A stretch of 64,000 bases of DNA from the NCBI RefSeq assembly GCF_017348835.2, contig NZ_CP071375.1. One strand, written 5' to 3'. The DNA is from Escherichia coli (GTDB lineage: Bacteria; Pseudomonadota; Gammaproteobacteria; Enterobacterales; Enterobacteriaceae). Made by a program: the position numbers and the translations under genes. Shown one piece after another: positions 10,721 to 22,810 of this stretch (position 1 is its first letter; the number at the start of each line of letters is the position of its first letter). Under the pieces are notes generated by a model. That model was given only the letters and a program-made list of their open reading frames with translations, did not search any database and was not told where the DNA came from.

Positions 10721-12421
10721 GTGATTGTTAAACGACCCGTCTCGGCCAGTCTGGCCCGGGCCTTTTTTTACATTGTGCTGCTGTCGATTCTTTCCACGGG
10801 TATCGCTCTGCTAACTCTGGCGAGCAGTTTGCGCGACGCTGAGGCTATCAATATTGCCGGATCGCTGCGTATGCAGAGTTACCGCCTGGGCTACGACTTG
10901 CAAAGTGGCAGTCCACAACTCAATGCACATCGCCAGTTATTTCAGCAGGCACTGCATTCACCGGTATTAACCAACCTCAACGTCTGGTATGTGCCAGAAG
11001 CAGTAAAAACTCGCTATGCGCATCTGAATGCAAACTGGCTGGAGATGAATAATCGGCTCAGCAAGGGCGATTTGCCGTGGTATCAGGCCAATATTAATAA
11101 TTATGTTAATCAGATAGACCTGTTCGTGCTGGCTTTACAGCACTACGCTGAACGCAAAATGCTGCTGGTGGTGGCGATTTCCCTGGCTGGCGGTATCGGT
11201 ATTTTCACGCTGGTCTTTTTTACTTTGCGCCGCATACGCCATCAGGTGGTTGCCCCGCTGAATCAGCTGGTTACCGCCAGTCAGCGTATTGAACACGGAC
11301 AGTTCGACTCGCCGCCGCTGGATACCAGTCTGCCGAATGAGCTTGGTCTGCTTGCAAAAACCTTTAACCAGATGTCGAGCGAGCTGCATAAATTGTACCT
11401 TTCGCTGGAGGCGTCAGTAGAAGAAAAGACCCGCGATCTCCACGAGGCCAAGCGTCGTCTGGAGGTGTTGTATCAGTGTTCGCAGGCGCTGAACACCAGC
11501 CAGATTGATGTGCATTGTTTCCGCCATATTTTGCAGATTGTTCGCGACAATGAAGCGGCTGAATATCTGGAGCTGAACGTTGGGGATAACTGGCGGATTA
11601 GCGAAGGGCAACCAAACCCGGAATTGCCGATGCAGATTTTACCGGTGACAATGCAAGAGACGGTTTACGGCGAACTGCACTGGCAAAATAGTCACGTTTC
11701 ATCATCAGAACCGCTGCTTAACAGCGTTTCGTCGATGCTGGGACGCGGTTTGTACTTTAATCAGGCGCAGAAGCATTTTCAGCAGTTATTGTTGATGGAA
11801 GAACGTGCGACCATCGCCCGCGAATTGCACGACTCGCTGGCTCAGGTGCTTTCTTACTTACGTATCCAGTTGACGTTACTTAAGCGTTCGATACCGGAAG
11901 ATAACGCCACCGCACAAAGTATCATGGCCGATTTTTCCCAGGCGTTGAATGATGCTTATCGGCAGTTACGCGAGCTGTTGACTACTTTCCGCCTGACGCT
12001 GCAGCAGGCGGATCTCCCCTCCGCGTTGAGGGAAATGCTGGATACGTTACAAAATCAAACCAGCGCCAAACTGACCCTCGACTGCCGTCTGCCAACCCTG
12101 GCACTGGATGCGCAAATGCAGGTGCATTTGTTGCAAATTATTCGCGAAGCGGTGCTGAATGCGATGAAGCACGCCAACGCCAGCGAAATCGCCGTCAGTT
12201 GCGTCACCGCGCCGGACGGCAATCACACGGTTTATATCCGTGATAACGGGATTGGTATCGGTGAACCGAAAGAGCCCGAAGGTCATTATGGACTGAATAT
12301 CATGCGCGAACGCGCGGAACGGCTGGGCGGGACGCTGACTTTTTCACAACCTTCCGGCGGCGGCACGTTAGTGAGTATTAGCTTTCGCTCCGCGGAGGGT
12401 GAGGAAAGTCAGCTGATGTAA
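10721..12421 (+). CDS. narQ: Nitrate/nitrite sensor histidine kinase NarQ
   Basis: The track ORF 10706..12421 is placed at the GTG at 10721 (MIVKRPVSASLARAFF...) to give 566 aa. It has an H-box (ELHDSLAQ) and a HATPase C-terminus. Confidence 0.93.
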   Translation: MIVKRPVSASLARAFFYIVLLSILSTGIALLTLASSLRDAEAINIAGSLRMQSYRLGYDLQSGSPQLNAHRQLFQQALHSPVLTNLNVWYVPEAVKTRYAHLNANWLEMNNRLSKGDLPWYQANINNYVNQIDLFVLALQHYAERKMLLVVAISLAGGIGIFTLVFFTLRRIRHQVVAPLNQLVTASQRIEHGQFDSPPLDTSLPNELGLLAKTFNQMSSELHKLYLSLEASVEEKTRDLHEAKRRLEVLYQCSQALNTSQIDVHCFRHILQIVRDNEAAEYLELNVGDNWRISEGQPNPELPMQILPVTMQETVYGELHWQNSHVSSSEPLLNSVSSMLGRGLYFNQAQKHFQQLLLMEERATIARELHDSLAQVLSYLRIQLTLLKRSIPEDNATAQSIMADFSQALNDAYRQLRELLTTFRLTLQQADLPSALREMLDTLQNQTSAKLTLDCRLPTLALDAQMQVHLLQIIREAVLNAMKHANASEIAVSCVTAPDGNHTVYIRDNGIGIGEPKEPEGHYGLNIMRERAERLGGTLTFSQPSGGGTLVSISFRSAEGEESQLM

Positions 12422-12584
12422 TGCCTCCTACTGACCAAAGAATACTTGCACTTAAGGTTCAGTATAAAAGGGCATGATAATTTACATTAACTCCTTTTTT
12501 TCTCCACGATTGGCTCGTACCTTGCCGCTACAGTGAAGCAAGTCAAGCCTACAACGATACGCAGAAACACGAGGTCCTCTTTTA

Positions 12585-15500
12585 ATGGCGAATTTCTTTA
12601 TTGATCGCCCCATTTTTGCCTGGGTGCTGGCAATCCTGTTGTGTCTGACAGGTACCCTGGCGATTTTTTCATTGCCCGTTGAACAATACCCCGATCTCGC
12701 GCCACCGAATGTGCGAGTGACCGCTAACTATCCCGGCGCATCGGCCCAGACGCTGGAAAACACCGTGACCCAGGTTATCGAGCAAAATATGACCGGCCTC
12801 GATAATCTCATGTATATGTCATCTCAGAGCAGTGGCACCGGTCAGGCATCTGTCACTTTAAGTTTTAAAGCAGGCACCGATCCGGACGAAGCCGTGCAGC
12901 AAGTACAAAACCAGCTGCAATCAGCCATGCGAAAGTTACCGCAGGCGGTGCAAAATCAGGGCGTGACGGTGCGTAAAACCGGCGATACCAATATTCTGAC
13001 CATTGCTTTCGTCTCTACCGATGGTTCGATGGATAAACAGGATATTGCTGATTATGTTGCCAGTAATATTCAGGATCCGTTAAGCCGCGTGAATGGCGTC
13101 GGGGATATCGATGCCTATGGTTCGCAATATTCCATGCGTATCTGGCTGGACCCGGCGAAACTCAACAGTTTCCAGATGACAGCTAAAGATGTCACTGATG
13201 CCATTGAGTCACAGAACGCGCAGATTGCGGTTGGGCAACTTGGGGGTACACCTTCCGTCGATAAGCAGGCGCTCAACGCCACCATTAACGCCCAGTCACT
13301 GCTGCAAACACCAGAACAGTTCCGCGATATCACCTTGCGGGTGAATCAGGACGGCTCAGAAGTAAGGCTGGGCGATGTCGCCACCGTCGAAATGGGGGCG
13401 GAGAAATACGATTATCTTAGCCGCTTCAATGGTAAGCCAGCCTCCGGGTTGGGGGTAAAACTGGCCTCCGGCGCAAACGAAATGGCGACAGCGGAGCTGG
13501 TGCTCAATCGTCTCAACGAGCTGGCGCAGTATTTCCCGCATGGACTGGAATACAAGGTGGCGTATGAAACCACCTCGTTTGTTAAAGCCTCCATTGAAGA
13601 CGTGGTGAAAACGCTGCTGGAAGCTATCGCTCTGGTTTTCCTCGTTATGTATCTGTTCCTGCAAAACTTCCGCGCCACGCTGATACCCACTATCGCCGTG
13701 CCGGTGGTGTTGATGGGAACCTTCTCCGTACTTTACGCCTTCGGTTACAGCGTCAACACCTTAACCATGTTCGCGATGGTGCTGGCGATCGGTCTGCTGG
13801 TGGATGACGCCATCGTGGTGGTGGAAAACGTCGAACGTATTATGAGTGAGGAAGGACTCACTCCTCGCGAAGCCACACGTAAATCGATGGGGCAGATCCA
13901 GGGGGCACTGGTCGGGATTGCGATGGTGCTTTCGGCGGTATTTGTACCAATGGCCTTCTTCGGCGGCACCACCGGTGCCATCTATCGCCAGTTCTCTATT
14001 ACCATTGTTGCGGCGATGGTGCTGTCAGTACTGGTAGCGATGATCCTCACTCCGGCTCTGTGTGCCACGCTACTTAAGCCACTGAAAAAAGGTGAGCATC
14101 ACGGGCAAAAAGGCTTTTTTGCCTGGTTTAACCAGATGTTTAACCGCAACGCCGAACGCTACGAAAAAGGGGTGGCGAAAATTCTCCACCGTAGCCTGCG
14201 CTGGATTGTGATTTATGTCCTGCTGCTTGGCGGCATGGTGTTCCTGTTCCTGCGTTTGCCGACGTCGTTCTTACCGCTGGAAGACCGGGGCATGTTTACT
14301 ACCTCGGTACAATTGCCCAGCGGTTCAACCCAACAACAGACCCTGAAAGTCGTTGAGCAAATCGAGAAATATTACTTCACCCATGAAAAAGACAACATCA
14401 TGTCGGTGTTTGCCACCGTTGGCTCTGGCCCTGGGGGCAACGGGCAAAACGTGGCGCGAATGTTTATCCGCCTGAAAGACTGGAGCGAACGCGACAGTAA
14501 GACCGGCACCTCATTTGCCATTATCGAGCGTGCAACGAAGGCGTTTAACAAGATTAAAGAAGCTCGCGTTATCGCCAGCAGCCCGCCAGCAATTAGCGGT
14601 CTTGGTAGTTCTGCGGGTTTTGATATGGAGTTGCAGGACCACGCTGGAGCAGGTCACGATGCGCTGATGGCAGCACGTAACCAGTTGCTGGCGCTGGCGG
14701 CGGAAAACCCGGAGCTAACCCGTGTGCGCCATAACGGCCTCGATGACAGTCCGCAGTTGCAGATTGATATCGACCAGCGTAAAGCTCAGGCGCTGGGCGT
14801 TGCTATCGACGATATTAACGACACACTGCAAACCGCCTGGGGTTCGAGCTATGTGAATGACTTTATGGATCGCGGTCGCGTGAAGAAAGTCTATGTGCAG
14901 GCAGCTGCGCCGTATCGCATGCTGCCAGATGACATCAATCTCTGGTATGTCCGAAATAAAGATGGCGGCATGGTGCCCTTCTCTGCTTTCGCGACCTCAC
15001 GCTGGGAGACAGGCTCGCCGCGTCTGGAACGCTATAACGGTTATTCTGCGGTTGAGATTGTTGGGGAAGCCGCACCGGGGGTCAGTACCGGTACGGCGAT
15101 GGATATTATGGAATCGTTAGTGAAGCAGTTGCCAAACGGCTTTGGTCTGGAGTGGACGGCGATGTCGTATCAGGAGCGGCTTTCCGGCGCGCAGGCTCCG
15201 GCGCTGTACGCTATTTCCTTGCTGGTGGTATTCCTGTGTCTGGCTGCATTGTATGAAAGCTGGTCGGTACCGTTCTCGGTAATGCTGGTCGTGCCGCTGG
15301 GGGTTATCGGCGCGCTGCTGGCAACCTGGATGCGGGGGCTGGAAAACGACGTTTACTTCCAGGTGGGCCTGTTAACGGTCATTGGTTTATCGGCGAAAAA
15401 CGCCATCCTGATCGTCGAGTTTGCTAACGAGATGAACCAAAAAGGCCACGACCTGTTTGAAGCGACGCTCCACGCCTGCCGTCAGCGTTTACGCCCGATT

Positions 15501-15698
15501 CTGATGACCTCGCTGGCATTTATCTTCGGCGTATTGCCAATGGCAACCAGCACGGGTGCCGGTTCCGGTGGTCAGCATGCGGTGGGTACTGGCGTAATGG
15601 GCGGGATGATTTCAGCTACTATTCTGGCTATTTACTTCGTGCCGCTGTTCTTTGTGCTGGTGCGCCGCCGCTTCCCGCTGAAGCCGCGCCCGGAATAA
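12585..15698 (+). CDS. acrD: RND-family aminoglycoside/multidrug efflux pump AcrD
   Basis: 1037-aa ORF with a typical AcrB/AcrD sequence ([21 protein letters not shown]...), in K-12 synteny. Confidence 0.96.
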   Translation: MANFFIDRPIFAWVLAILLCLTGTLAIFSLPVEQYPDLAPPNVRVTANYPGASAQTLENTVTQVIEQNMTGLDNLMYMSSQSSGTGQASVTLSFKAGTDPDEAVQQVQNQLQSAMRKLPQAVQNQGVTVRKTGDTNILTIAFVSTDGSMDKQDIADYVASNIQDPLSRVNGVGDIDAYGSQYSMRIWLDPAKLNSFQMTAKDVTDAIESQNAQIAVGQLGGTPSVDKQALNATINAQSLLQTPEQFRDITLRVNQDGSEVRLGDVATVEMGAEKYDYLSRFNGKPASGLGVKLASGANEMATAELVLNRLNELAQYFPHGLEYKVAYETTSFVKASIEDVVKTLLEAIALVFLVMYLFLQNFRATLIPTIAVPVVLMGTFSVLYAFGYSVNTLTMFAMVLAIGLLVDDAIVVVENVERIMSEEGLTPREATRKSMGQIQGALVGIAMVLSAVFVPMAFFGGTTGAIYRQFSITIVAAMVLSVLVAMILTPALCATLLKPLKKGEHHGQKGFFAWFNQMFNRNAERYEKGVAKILHRSLRWIVIYVLLLGGMVFLFLRLPTSFLPLEDRGMFTTSVQLPSGSTQQQTLKVVEQIEKYYFTHEKDNIMSVFATVGSGPGGNGQNVARMFIRLKDWSERDSKTGTSFAIIERATKAFNKIKEARVIASSPPAISGLGSSAGFDMELQDHAGAGHDALMAARNQLLALAAENPELTRVRHNGLDDSPQLQIDIDQRKAQALGVAIDDINDTLQTAWGSSYVNDFMDRGRVKKVYVQAAAPYRMLPDDINLWYVRNKDGGMVPFSAFATSRWETGSPRLERYNGYSAVEIVGEAAPGVSTGTAMDIMESLVKQLPNGFGLEWTAMSYQERLSGAQAPALYAISLLVVFLCLAALYESWSVPFSVMLVVPLGVIGALLATWMRGLENDVYFQVGLLTVIGLSAKNAILIVEFANEMNQKGHDLFEATLHACRQRLRPILMTSLAFIFGVLPMATSTGAGSGGQHAVGTGVMGGMISATILAIYFVPLFFVLVRRRFPLKPRPE

Positions 15699-15709
15699 GC
15701 AATAAAAAA

Positions 15710-15736
15710 GGCGACATGCCAATGTGTCGCCTTTTT
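15710..15736 (+). terminator. Rho-independent terminator of acrD
   Basis: GGCGACA / TGTCGCC stem with an 8-nt loop followed by TTTTT, 12 nt after the acrD stop. Confidence 0.8.
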
Positions 15737-15796
15737 CAACTTTCCGATTAAGAACTTGCTCAGCAGGTTCTTGCTGTTTGTACTTTGTCTCAGGAA

Positions 15797-15856
15797 TTAC
15801 TTACGAAGCATAACTTCAATAAAGTCTTTCCAGTTCCCCAGTTCACGTTCAATCAT
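15797..15856 (-). CDS. ypfM: Small stress-induced protein YpfM (19 aa)
   Basis: The reverse strand reads ATG ATT GAA CGT GAA CTG GGG AAC TGG AAA GAC TTT ATT GAA GTT ATG CTT CGT AAG TAA = MIERELGNWKDFIEVMLRK. This matches my recollection of K-12 YpfM, and it is too short for the ORF track. Confidence 0.6.
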   Translation of the reverse strand: MIERELGNWKDFIEVMLRK

Positions 15857-16218
15857 AACAACCTCTCTTATAATTATGGGTATTCTACGGAAACAATATA
15901 CCGTGGTGAAGCTAATTTACTCGATTGCTGCGATGACTACCTCCGGGGGACAAACCTTATGTAAATACTATGGTCCTGCGGTGATGATTTGTATGTGATA
16001 CACAGCAACATTTCGAGATATTCATACGGCATCTAATACTGATTTAATTCTGGTTAAAATACAGACAGATAACAAGATGAATATTCTTAATGTTTACGTT
16101 AAAAATGTTTAATATTATTTAATAGTTGTTAATTTGAATACTTCGATAATGTTATATTTCCTGATAATCATTTGCAGGCAAAATGTTTTCACCCTTAAAT
16201 GAGTATTTATTCTCATAA

Positions 16219-16593
<375 letters not shown>

Positions 16594-16596
16594 TCT

Positions 16597-17724
16597 ATGT
16601 CGTGCCCGGTTATTGAGCTGACACAACAGCTTATTCGCCGCCCTTCCCTGAGTCCTGATGACGCAGGATGCCAGGCTTTGTTGATTGAACGTTTGCAGGC
16701 GATCGGTTTTACCGTTGAACGCATGGACTTTGCCGATACGCAGAATTTTTGGGCATGGCGTGGGCAAGGTGAAACATTGGCCTTTGCCGGGCATACCGAC
16801 GTGGTGCCGCCTGGCGACGCCGATCGTTGGATCAATCCGCCGTTTGAACCAACCATTCGTGACGGCATGTTATTCGGGCGCGGTGCGGCAGATATGAAAG
16901 GCTCGCTGGCGGCGATGGTGGTAGCTGCAGAACGTTTTGTCGCACAACATCCCAACCATACGGGGCGACTGGCATTTCTGATCACCTCTGATGAAGAAGC
17001 CAGTGCACACAATGGTACGGTAAAAGTCGTCGAAGCGTTAATGGCACGTAATGAGCGTCTCGATTACTGCCTGGTCGGCGAACCGTCGAGTATCGAAGTG
17101 GTAGGTGATGTAGTGAAAAATGGTCGTCGCGGATCGTTAACCTGCAACCTAACCATTCATGGCGTTCAGGGGCATGTTGCCTACCCACATCTGGCTGACA
17201 ATCCGGTACATCGCGCAGCACCTTTCCTTAATGAATTAGTGGCTATTGAGTGGGATCAGGGCAATGAATTCTTCCCGGCGACCAGTATGCAGATTGCCAA
17301 TATTCAGGCGGGAACAGGCAGTAACAACGTTATTCCGGGTGAACTGTTTGTGCAGTTTAACTTCCGCTTCAGCACCGAACTGACTGATGAGATGATCAAA
17401 GCGCAGGTGCTTGCCCTGCTTGAAAAACATCAACTGCGCTATACGGTGGATTGGTGGCTTTCCGGGCAGCCATTTTTGACCGCGCGCGGTAAACTGGTGG
17501 ATGCGGTCGTTAACGCGGTTGAGCACTATAATGAAATTAAACCGCAGCTACTGACCACAGGCGGAACGTCCGACGGGCGCTTTATTGCCCGCATGGGGGC
17601 GCAGGTGGTGGAACTCGGGCCGGTCAATGCCACTATTCATAAAATTAATGAATGTGTGAACGCTGCCGACCTGCAGCTACTTGCCCGTATGTATCAACGT
17701 ATCATGGAACAGCTCGTCGCGTGA
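16597..17724 (+). CDS. dapE: Succinyl-diaminopimelate desuccinylase
   Basis: 375-aa M20-peptidase-family ORF recognisable as DapE. Confidence 0.96.
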
Positions 17725-17751
17725 TGAGTGGTTCTGCAAGAGGAAATAAGC

Positions 17752-17952
17752 ATGGACTGGCTGGCTAAATATTGGTGGATTCTGGTGATTGTCTTTTTGG
17801 TAGGCGTCCTGCTGAACGTGATTAAAGATCTCAAGCGCGTCGACCATAAGAAATTTCTCGCCAACAAGCCGGAGCTTCCCCCGCATCGTGATTTCAACGA
17901 TAAGTGGGACGATGACGACGACTGGCCGAAAAAGGATCAACCGAAGAAGTAA
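17752..17952 (+). CDS. ypfN: Small membrane protein YpfN (UPF0370)
   Basis: The track ORF is trimmed to [27 protein letters not shown]... (66 aa). It has a single TM helix and an acidic C-terminus. Confidence 0.85.
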
Positions 17953-17960
17953 GCTAAGTG

Positions 17961-18037
17961 GCCGGATAAGGCGTTAACGCCGCATCCGGCAATGGTGAAC
18001 GATGCCTGATACGACGCATCACGCGTCTTATCAGGCC
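17961..18037. repeat. REP/BIME element (two inverted REP units)
   Basis: GCCGGATAAGGCGTTAACGCCGCATCCGGC and GCCTGATACGACGCATCACGCGTCTTATCAGGCC are read directly between ypfN and ypfH. Confidence 0.85.
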
Positions 18038-18051
18038 TGGTAATCTGTCTT

Positions 18052-18750
18052 TTACATCATTTCAATCACATCATCATCGCCAGGCTTACCGCCACTTAGC
18101 GCTTCGTCGAAATAATGTTTCGGAATGGTATAACGCAAGTGATCCAGGGCAAATTGCATACTGCGATTGTCGATCGCATGGCCTAAATCCTCCACGATAT
18201 CCAGCGTCACGTCACCACCGGCACTGATTAACGCTTCCTGCGCCGCAACCGCATGCGCCAGATCGATAACCGGATCTTCACCGCCATGAATCAGGTGAAT
18301 TGTCGTTGCTGTAGACGCGGTTTCCGGCAGGCTCGCATAGCGTCCGTTAAAGGCAATGACGCGCGAAGCAAGGCCCGGTTCGGCTTTAATGCTCTCCAGC
18401 GCCATAATCGCGCCTTGTGAGAAACCAATTAGCGCCGTGGCGTTAGCCCCTACTCCGCTCTGTTTCTGCCAGTAGCGCACCGTCTCAATAAACGTCGGCA
18501 TGATGGCATCCACACGCGCCTGGCGATTATCTTCCGTAATACCCTGCACCGAAAACCACTGACGCCCCGCCGGATTACCGCTCGGCTCCGCGCCTCCGAC
18601 ACTCACCACCAGCGCATCCGGGAACAACGGTGCAAACCAACTGCCAATCTCCCCCATCGCTACTGGGTTATCACCGACGCCGTGAAAAAGCAGCAATAAC
18701 TGTTGCGCAGGTTTATCCGGGCTTTGAACAACAAAATGGTCATGTTTCAT
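18052..18750 (-). CDS. ypfH: Esterase/phospholipase-carboxylesterase family protein YpfH
   Basis: The track ORF is trimmed to MKHDHFVVQSPDKPAQQLLLLFHGVGDN... (232 aa). It has a GFSQG nucleophile-elbow motif. Confidence 0.9.
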   Translation of the reverse strand: MKHDHFVVQSPDKPAQQLLLLFHGVGDNPVAMGEIGSWFAPLFPDALVVSVGGAEPSGNPAGRQWFSVQGITEDNRQARVDAIMPTFIETVRYWQKQSGVGANATALIGFSQGAIMALESIKAEPGLASRVIAFNGRYASLPETASTATTIHLIHGGEDPVIDLAHAVAAQEALISAGGDVTLDIVEDLGHAIDNRSMQFALDHLRYTIPKHYFDEALSGGKPGDDDVIEMM

Positions 18751-18823
18751 GGCGAACTCCTTAACTGATGTCATTAATTTTACGCCGCTGACTCACAATG
18801 ACCATGGGAGAAAATTGAAGGAG

Positions 18824-20839
18824 TCAGTGAAAAAATTGCCATTGCGTTATGCGATCGCGCAGACGCTCAGTGCGAACCTCATTAAGTGCGAACAGCGCCT
18901 GTGCGGCCTCTTCCCGCTGACGGACCAGTAACATCTTGCGGCCTGAAAGTTTAAGTGTGGTACATAACTGCGCATCACTGGCGTTTTTCTGTAAACGCCC
19001 ACGCAGCGCCGGTAATGCCAGTTCACTGGTTTGTAGCAGACGCAATAAGCAACCTAACGACGTTAATAGCGGACGATGAGCGAAAGCAAAACCGGCCAGT
19101 TCAAGCCAGTCGTCGTCAGAAAGCACGATATCGTTTAGTGGATCAACAGGAAGCATTTCGCCATTCCACTGCGCGAGAGCTTGCGCATCGCGACGTAAAC
19201 GGTAATGCTCACGTTCAGCCAGCTGTTTACCCGCATCACTCATCGGTAACAGCGCCATCGCCGTATAGCAACCGCTGCTGGCTTCACGATGATTACCCAT
19301 TCGCACCAGCACAAAACCGCAGCGTTGCCAGAAACGCCATAACTCCCCGGTGTAACCAAAACTCACCGAAAGATAGTCGAGGCCAGGCCTATATTGCAAA
19401 GCGCTGGCAATGAGCTGTTGCCCAACGCCTTCGCGCTGACGCGCCGGATGGACTGCAATCCGGCTGACCCGCCGTCCACGCAATGTCGCCGCCAGTGGAT
19501 TGCTGCCGTGCGCCGCCAGCGACTGGGCCACCAGATTACCCCGCGGGCGACGAAAACCTGCCCATACCGCCTGACTGAGTTCTTGAGATAATCCACCCTC
19601 ATCCACCAGCCACAGCGCTCCGGCAATCTCGTTTTCGCCAGCCGCCTGTAAAAAATGTTGCCCTGGTGCATCCATCATCCGGCGTAAATCCAGCGGCGAA
19701 GTCCGGTAGTGCGCACCAGACAATAACTGATAAACCTTTAACGGCGTTTCTGGCTCGATTCGCCATAACGTCTGTTCAAATGCGGAAATGACAATATTGC
19801 CTTGTGGTGTATGGGTGAAGTTTTCATCGTCAAAAACCAGTGCATTACTAACCATTTTTTCCAGCGGGCATCCCTGTGCCCAGCGGATCGGCTGTTGTAG
19901 TTCAAAACGGTGTAAATGCGGAAAGCGAGCGCAAAATTTCAGCAAAAAACCACGTCCGGTGCCTTCGTAGCCCTGCACCGTAGTGGTTAACAACGTTCGA
20001 GGAAAACGCGATACCAGTTGATGCAACAACGGCGCAGGTATGGCTGCGGCTTCGTCGACCACCAGCCAGTCGGCTTGCTCATCGCTGGCTAACAAGGCAT
20101 CCGGCGCAATAAAGCGAAACTTCTCGCCCGCAAATTGTGCCAGTACATCCGTTGCCGCTTTTGCGGGCGCAGTGACAATCGCACTACCCGCAATACGAGA
20201 AATGAGTTGCCCTGCCAGCGCCGATTTACCGCGCCCACGCGCAGCAGTTACCGCTGCCACGCCCGACGGCATGGTCAGTAGCTGCTGTAAGAGTTGCTGT
20301 TGTTCTGGTTGTGGTGCGCCGGTCGCGGGGTGCCAGTCAGTACGGGGAGTAAAATGCGCCAACGAGAACGGCTGGTTTTGCCGCCAGAGGATAGCGTCGT
20401 TATCCGCCGTAAGTACGCGTTTGAAATGCTGGACAAAATGCGGCGTCGCAATAGGGTCAGGGCAATCACTCCAGCGCAGCGAGTCGGCATCAGGTTGGTT
20501 TTCCCACTCTTCCCATACAGGGAGTAACAAAACCAGCCAGCTTCCCGCTTTCAACGTTCCGCTAAGTGCGGCAAAGGCAGCGGCATCAAAGCCGTGGCGG
20601 GCGTCGAATACCGCATGCCGGAACTCGCGCCCAAGTAAAGTTTGTAGTGCCGAGGGAGAACAGTGGTTTTCAGCGACTGGCTGCGGCGAAATCCACAGCC
20701 AGTCGCCAGGTAAGGCATCACGCAACTTAAGCGCATGATCAAAACACCAACCCTCTTCCCCGCTCAACACCAGCAAGCGGCGGATCCCTTCACGTTTCAT
20801 TTGCGCTGTTAATGTGTGAAGCGCAGTCAGTTCAGCCAT
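18824..20839 (-). CDS. tmcA: tRNA(Met) cytidine acetyltransferase TmcA
   Basis: 671-aa ORF with a helicase-like P-loop (ARGRGKSA) and a C-terminal GNAT domain, at the K-12 ypfI/tmcA position. Confidence 0.93.
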   Translation of the reverse strand: MAELTALHTLTAQMKREGIRRLLVLSGEEGWCFDHALKLRDALPGDWLWISPQPVAENHCSPSALQTLLGREFRHAVFDARHGFDAAAFAALSGTLKAGSWLVLLLPVWEEWENQPDADSLRWSDCPDPIATPHFVQHFKRVLTADNDAILWRQNQPFSLAHFTPRTDWHPATGAPQPEQQQLLQQLLTMPSGVAAVTAARGRGKSALAGQLISRIAGSAIVTAPAKAATDVLAQFAGEKFRFIAPDALLASDEQADWLVVDEAAAIPAPLLHQLVSRFPRTLLTTTVQGYEGTGRGFLLKFCARFPHLHRFELQQPIRWAQGCPLEKMVSNALVFDDENFTHTPQGNIVISAFEQTLWRIEPETPLKVYQLLSGAHYRTSPLDLRRMMDAPGQHFLQAAGENEIAGALWLVDEGGLSQELSQAVWAGFRRPRGNLVAQSLAAHGSNPLAATLRGRRVSRIAVHPARQREGVGQQLIASALQYRPGLDYLSVSFGYTGELWRFWQRCGFVLVRMGNHREASSGCYTAMALLPMSDAGKQLAEREHYRLRRDAQALAQWNGEMLPVDPLNDIVLSDDDWLELAGFAFAHRPLLTSLGCLLRLLQTSELALPALRGRLQKNASDAQLCTTLKLSGRKMLLVRQREEAAQALFALNEVRTERLRDRITQWQFFH

Positions 20840-20853
20840 CCCTGCCCCGGAAG

Positions 20854-21717
20854 TTAAATGCTTTTACCAAAAGTATTGCATTGTGCCGGATCGCCGCTGT
20901 CGAAACCACGTTTAAACCAGCTGTAGCGTTGCTGAGAAGTGCCATGAGTGAAACTGTCTGGTACTACTCGCCCCTGACTTTGTTGTTGTAAACGGTCATC
21001 GCCGATGGCCTGCGCCGCGTTCAGCGCCTCTTCCAGATCGCCGGTTTCCAGAACGCCTTGCTGCTGCATACTATGCCCCCAGACACCGGCAAAACAGTCG
21101 GCCTGGAGTTCCATACGCACAGATAAGCGGTTCACTTCCGCCTGCGTCGCGTTTTGTTGCAGTTGACGAACTTTCGGCTCGATGCCTAACAGTTTCTGCA
21201 CATGATGACCGACTTCATGGGCGATAACGTACCCCTGGGCAAAATCGCCATCCGCGCCAAGTTTGTCTTTCATGTCATCATAGAAGGAGAGATCGATATA
21301 AACCGTGCCATCCGCCGGGCAATAGAACGGCCCCATTATGGACTGGCCCGCCCCGCATCCGGTACGCGTCATTCCACGGTACATGACCAGCTTCGGTTGC
21401 TGATAGGTCTTACCCATCTTCTCGAATTGTTGTCCCCAGGTGTCTTCCGTGGTTGCCAGAATCACCGAGGTGAATTTTGCGGCTTCGTCTTCATTTGGGC
21501 TAATTGACCGCGTTGATTGCTGTTGAGAAACCGGCTGCCCGGTCATCAACCCGGTTAAATCAACGCCATAGTAGCCTGCAACCAGCACGACTATCAGTAA
21601 AATCAGCCCGCCTTTACCGCTCGGCAGACGGAAACCGGGACCGCCCATTGACGGACCGCCGGAGCTATTGCGCCTGTCTTCAACATTGTCACTTTCACGT
21701 CGCCCTTGCCAACGCAT
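20854..21717 (-). CDS. ypfJ: Putative neutral zinc metallopeptidase YpfJ
   Basis: 287-aa ORF with an HEVGHH zinc motif and an N-terminal TM segment. Confidence 0.9.
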
Positions 21718-21842
21718 AGATACCTCAACAATATATTCATTATAGAAATGATCGTAGGTGGTTCAGAGGAAGATTACCACAGGAAAGCGGGATGAAATGG
21801 CGGAGGAATGAGCGTTCAATGCACATCTTACGAGAATGGTTG

Positions 21843-21869
21843 TCTTGCCGTGTCAGCAGCACGGCAAGA
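21843..21869 (-). terminator. Stem-loop just downstream of the purC stop (possible terminator; no clear U-run)
   Basis: TCTTGCCGTG / CACGGCAAGA 10-bp stem with a 7-nt loop, 16 nt after the purC stop codon. Confidence 0.4.
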
Positions 21870-21884
21870 TGATGAACAGAAAAA

Positions 21885-22598
21885 TCAGTCCAGCTGTACA
21901 CCCAGGCGGCGGGCGACGGCTTCATAGGCTTCGATCAGGCCACCGAGGCTCTGGCGGAAACGGTCTTTGTCCATTTTCTCCAGCGTTTCTTTGTCCCACA
22001 GGCGGCTACCGTCCGGGGAGAACTCATCACCCAGTACCACTTCGCCTTTGTACAGACCAAATTCCAGCTTGAAGTCGACCAGAATCAGACCAGCATCATC
22101 GAACAGTTTTTTCAGCACGTCGTTCGCTTTGTAGGTCAGCTCTTTCATACGCGCCAGATTCTCTTTGCTTACCCAGCCAAAGGTTTCGCAGTAAGATTCG
22201 TTGACCATCGGATCGTGCATGGCGTCGTTTTTCAGGAACAGATCGAACAGCGGCGGGTTCAGCTCAATACCTTCTTCGATTCCAAGACGTTTCACCAGAG
22301 AGCCCGCAGCACGGTTACGCACGACACACTCAACCGGCACCATATCCAGCTTTTTCACCAGACATTCGGTATCGGAGAGCAGACGCTCCATTTGAGTCGG
22401 GATACCCGCTTCAGCCAGTTTGCTCATAATGAAGTAGTTGAACTTGTTGTTCACCATACCTTTGCGATCAAACTGCTCAATGCGCGCGCCATCCCCTGCT
22501 GACGTATCATTGCGGAATTCGAGCACCAACAGGTCCGGGTTTTCCGTGCTGTATACGGTTTTCGCTTTACCACGATACAACTCAGCTTGCTTTTGCAT
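21885..22598 (-). CDS. purC: SAICAR synthetase
   Basis: The track ORF is trimmed to [28 protein letters not shown]... (237 aa). Confidence 0.96.
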
Positions 22599-22650
22599 CT
22601 TTATCACTCCTGGGTGTGAATTAACGTTTTAAAATCTTTTGCTGTCTGGT

Positions 22651-22704
<54 letters not shown>

Positions 22705-22751
22705 CAAACAAATTTCGTGCGAATTACCGCTAAAATCGCGTTTTCCTGCCG

Positions 22752-22767
22752 ACGCACACGTTTGCGT
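22752..22767 (-). promoter_or_regulatory. Candidate PurR operator (PUR box) upstream of purC
   Basis: ACGCACACGTTTGCGT is a near-perfect palindrome matching the PUR-box consensus ACGCAAACGTTTGCGT type. It lies about 155 nt upstream of the purC ATG. Confidence 0.55.
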
Positions 22768-22810
22768 ATCATATCAGAAAAAAGGGCCGGATGACTCCAG
22801 CCCTGTATTT

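Noticed and set aside
15756-15998. 80-aa + strand ORF in the acrD-yffB intergenic region
   Set aside because: It is AT-rich, has no RBS and overlaps the recognised small gene ypfM on the other strand. It is rejected in favour of ypfM.
20040-20738. 232-aa + strand ORF inside tmcA, and similar alternate-frame ORFs inside hyfB, hyfC, hyfI and aegA
   Set aside because: They are shadow ORFs opposite or overlapping confidently assigned genes. Their Ala/Ser/Arg-rich nonsense-like sequences support no independent gene.
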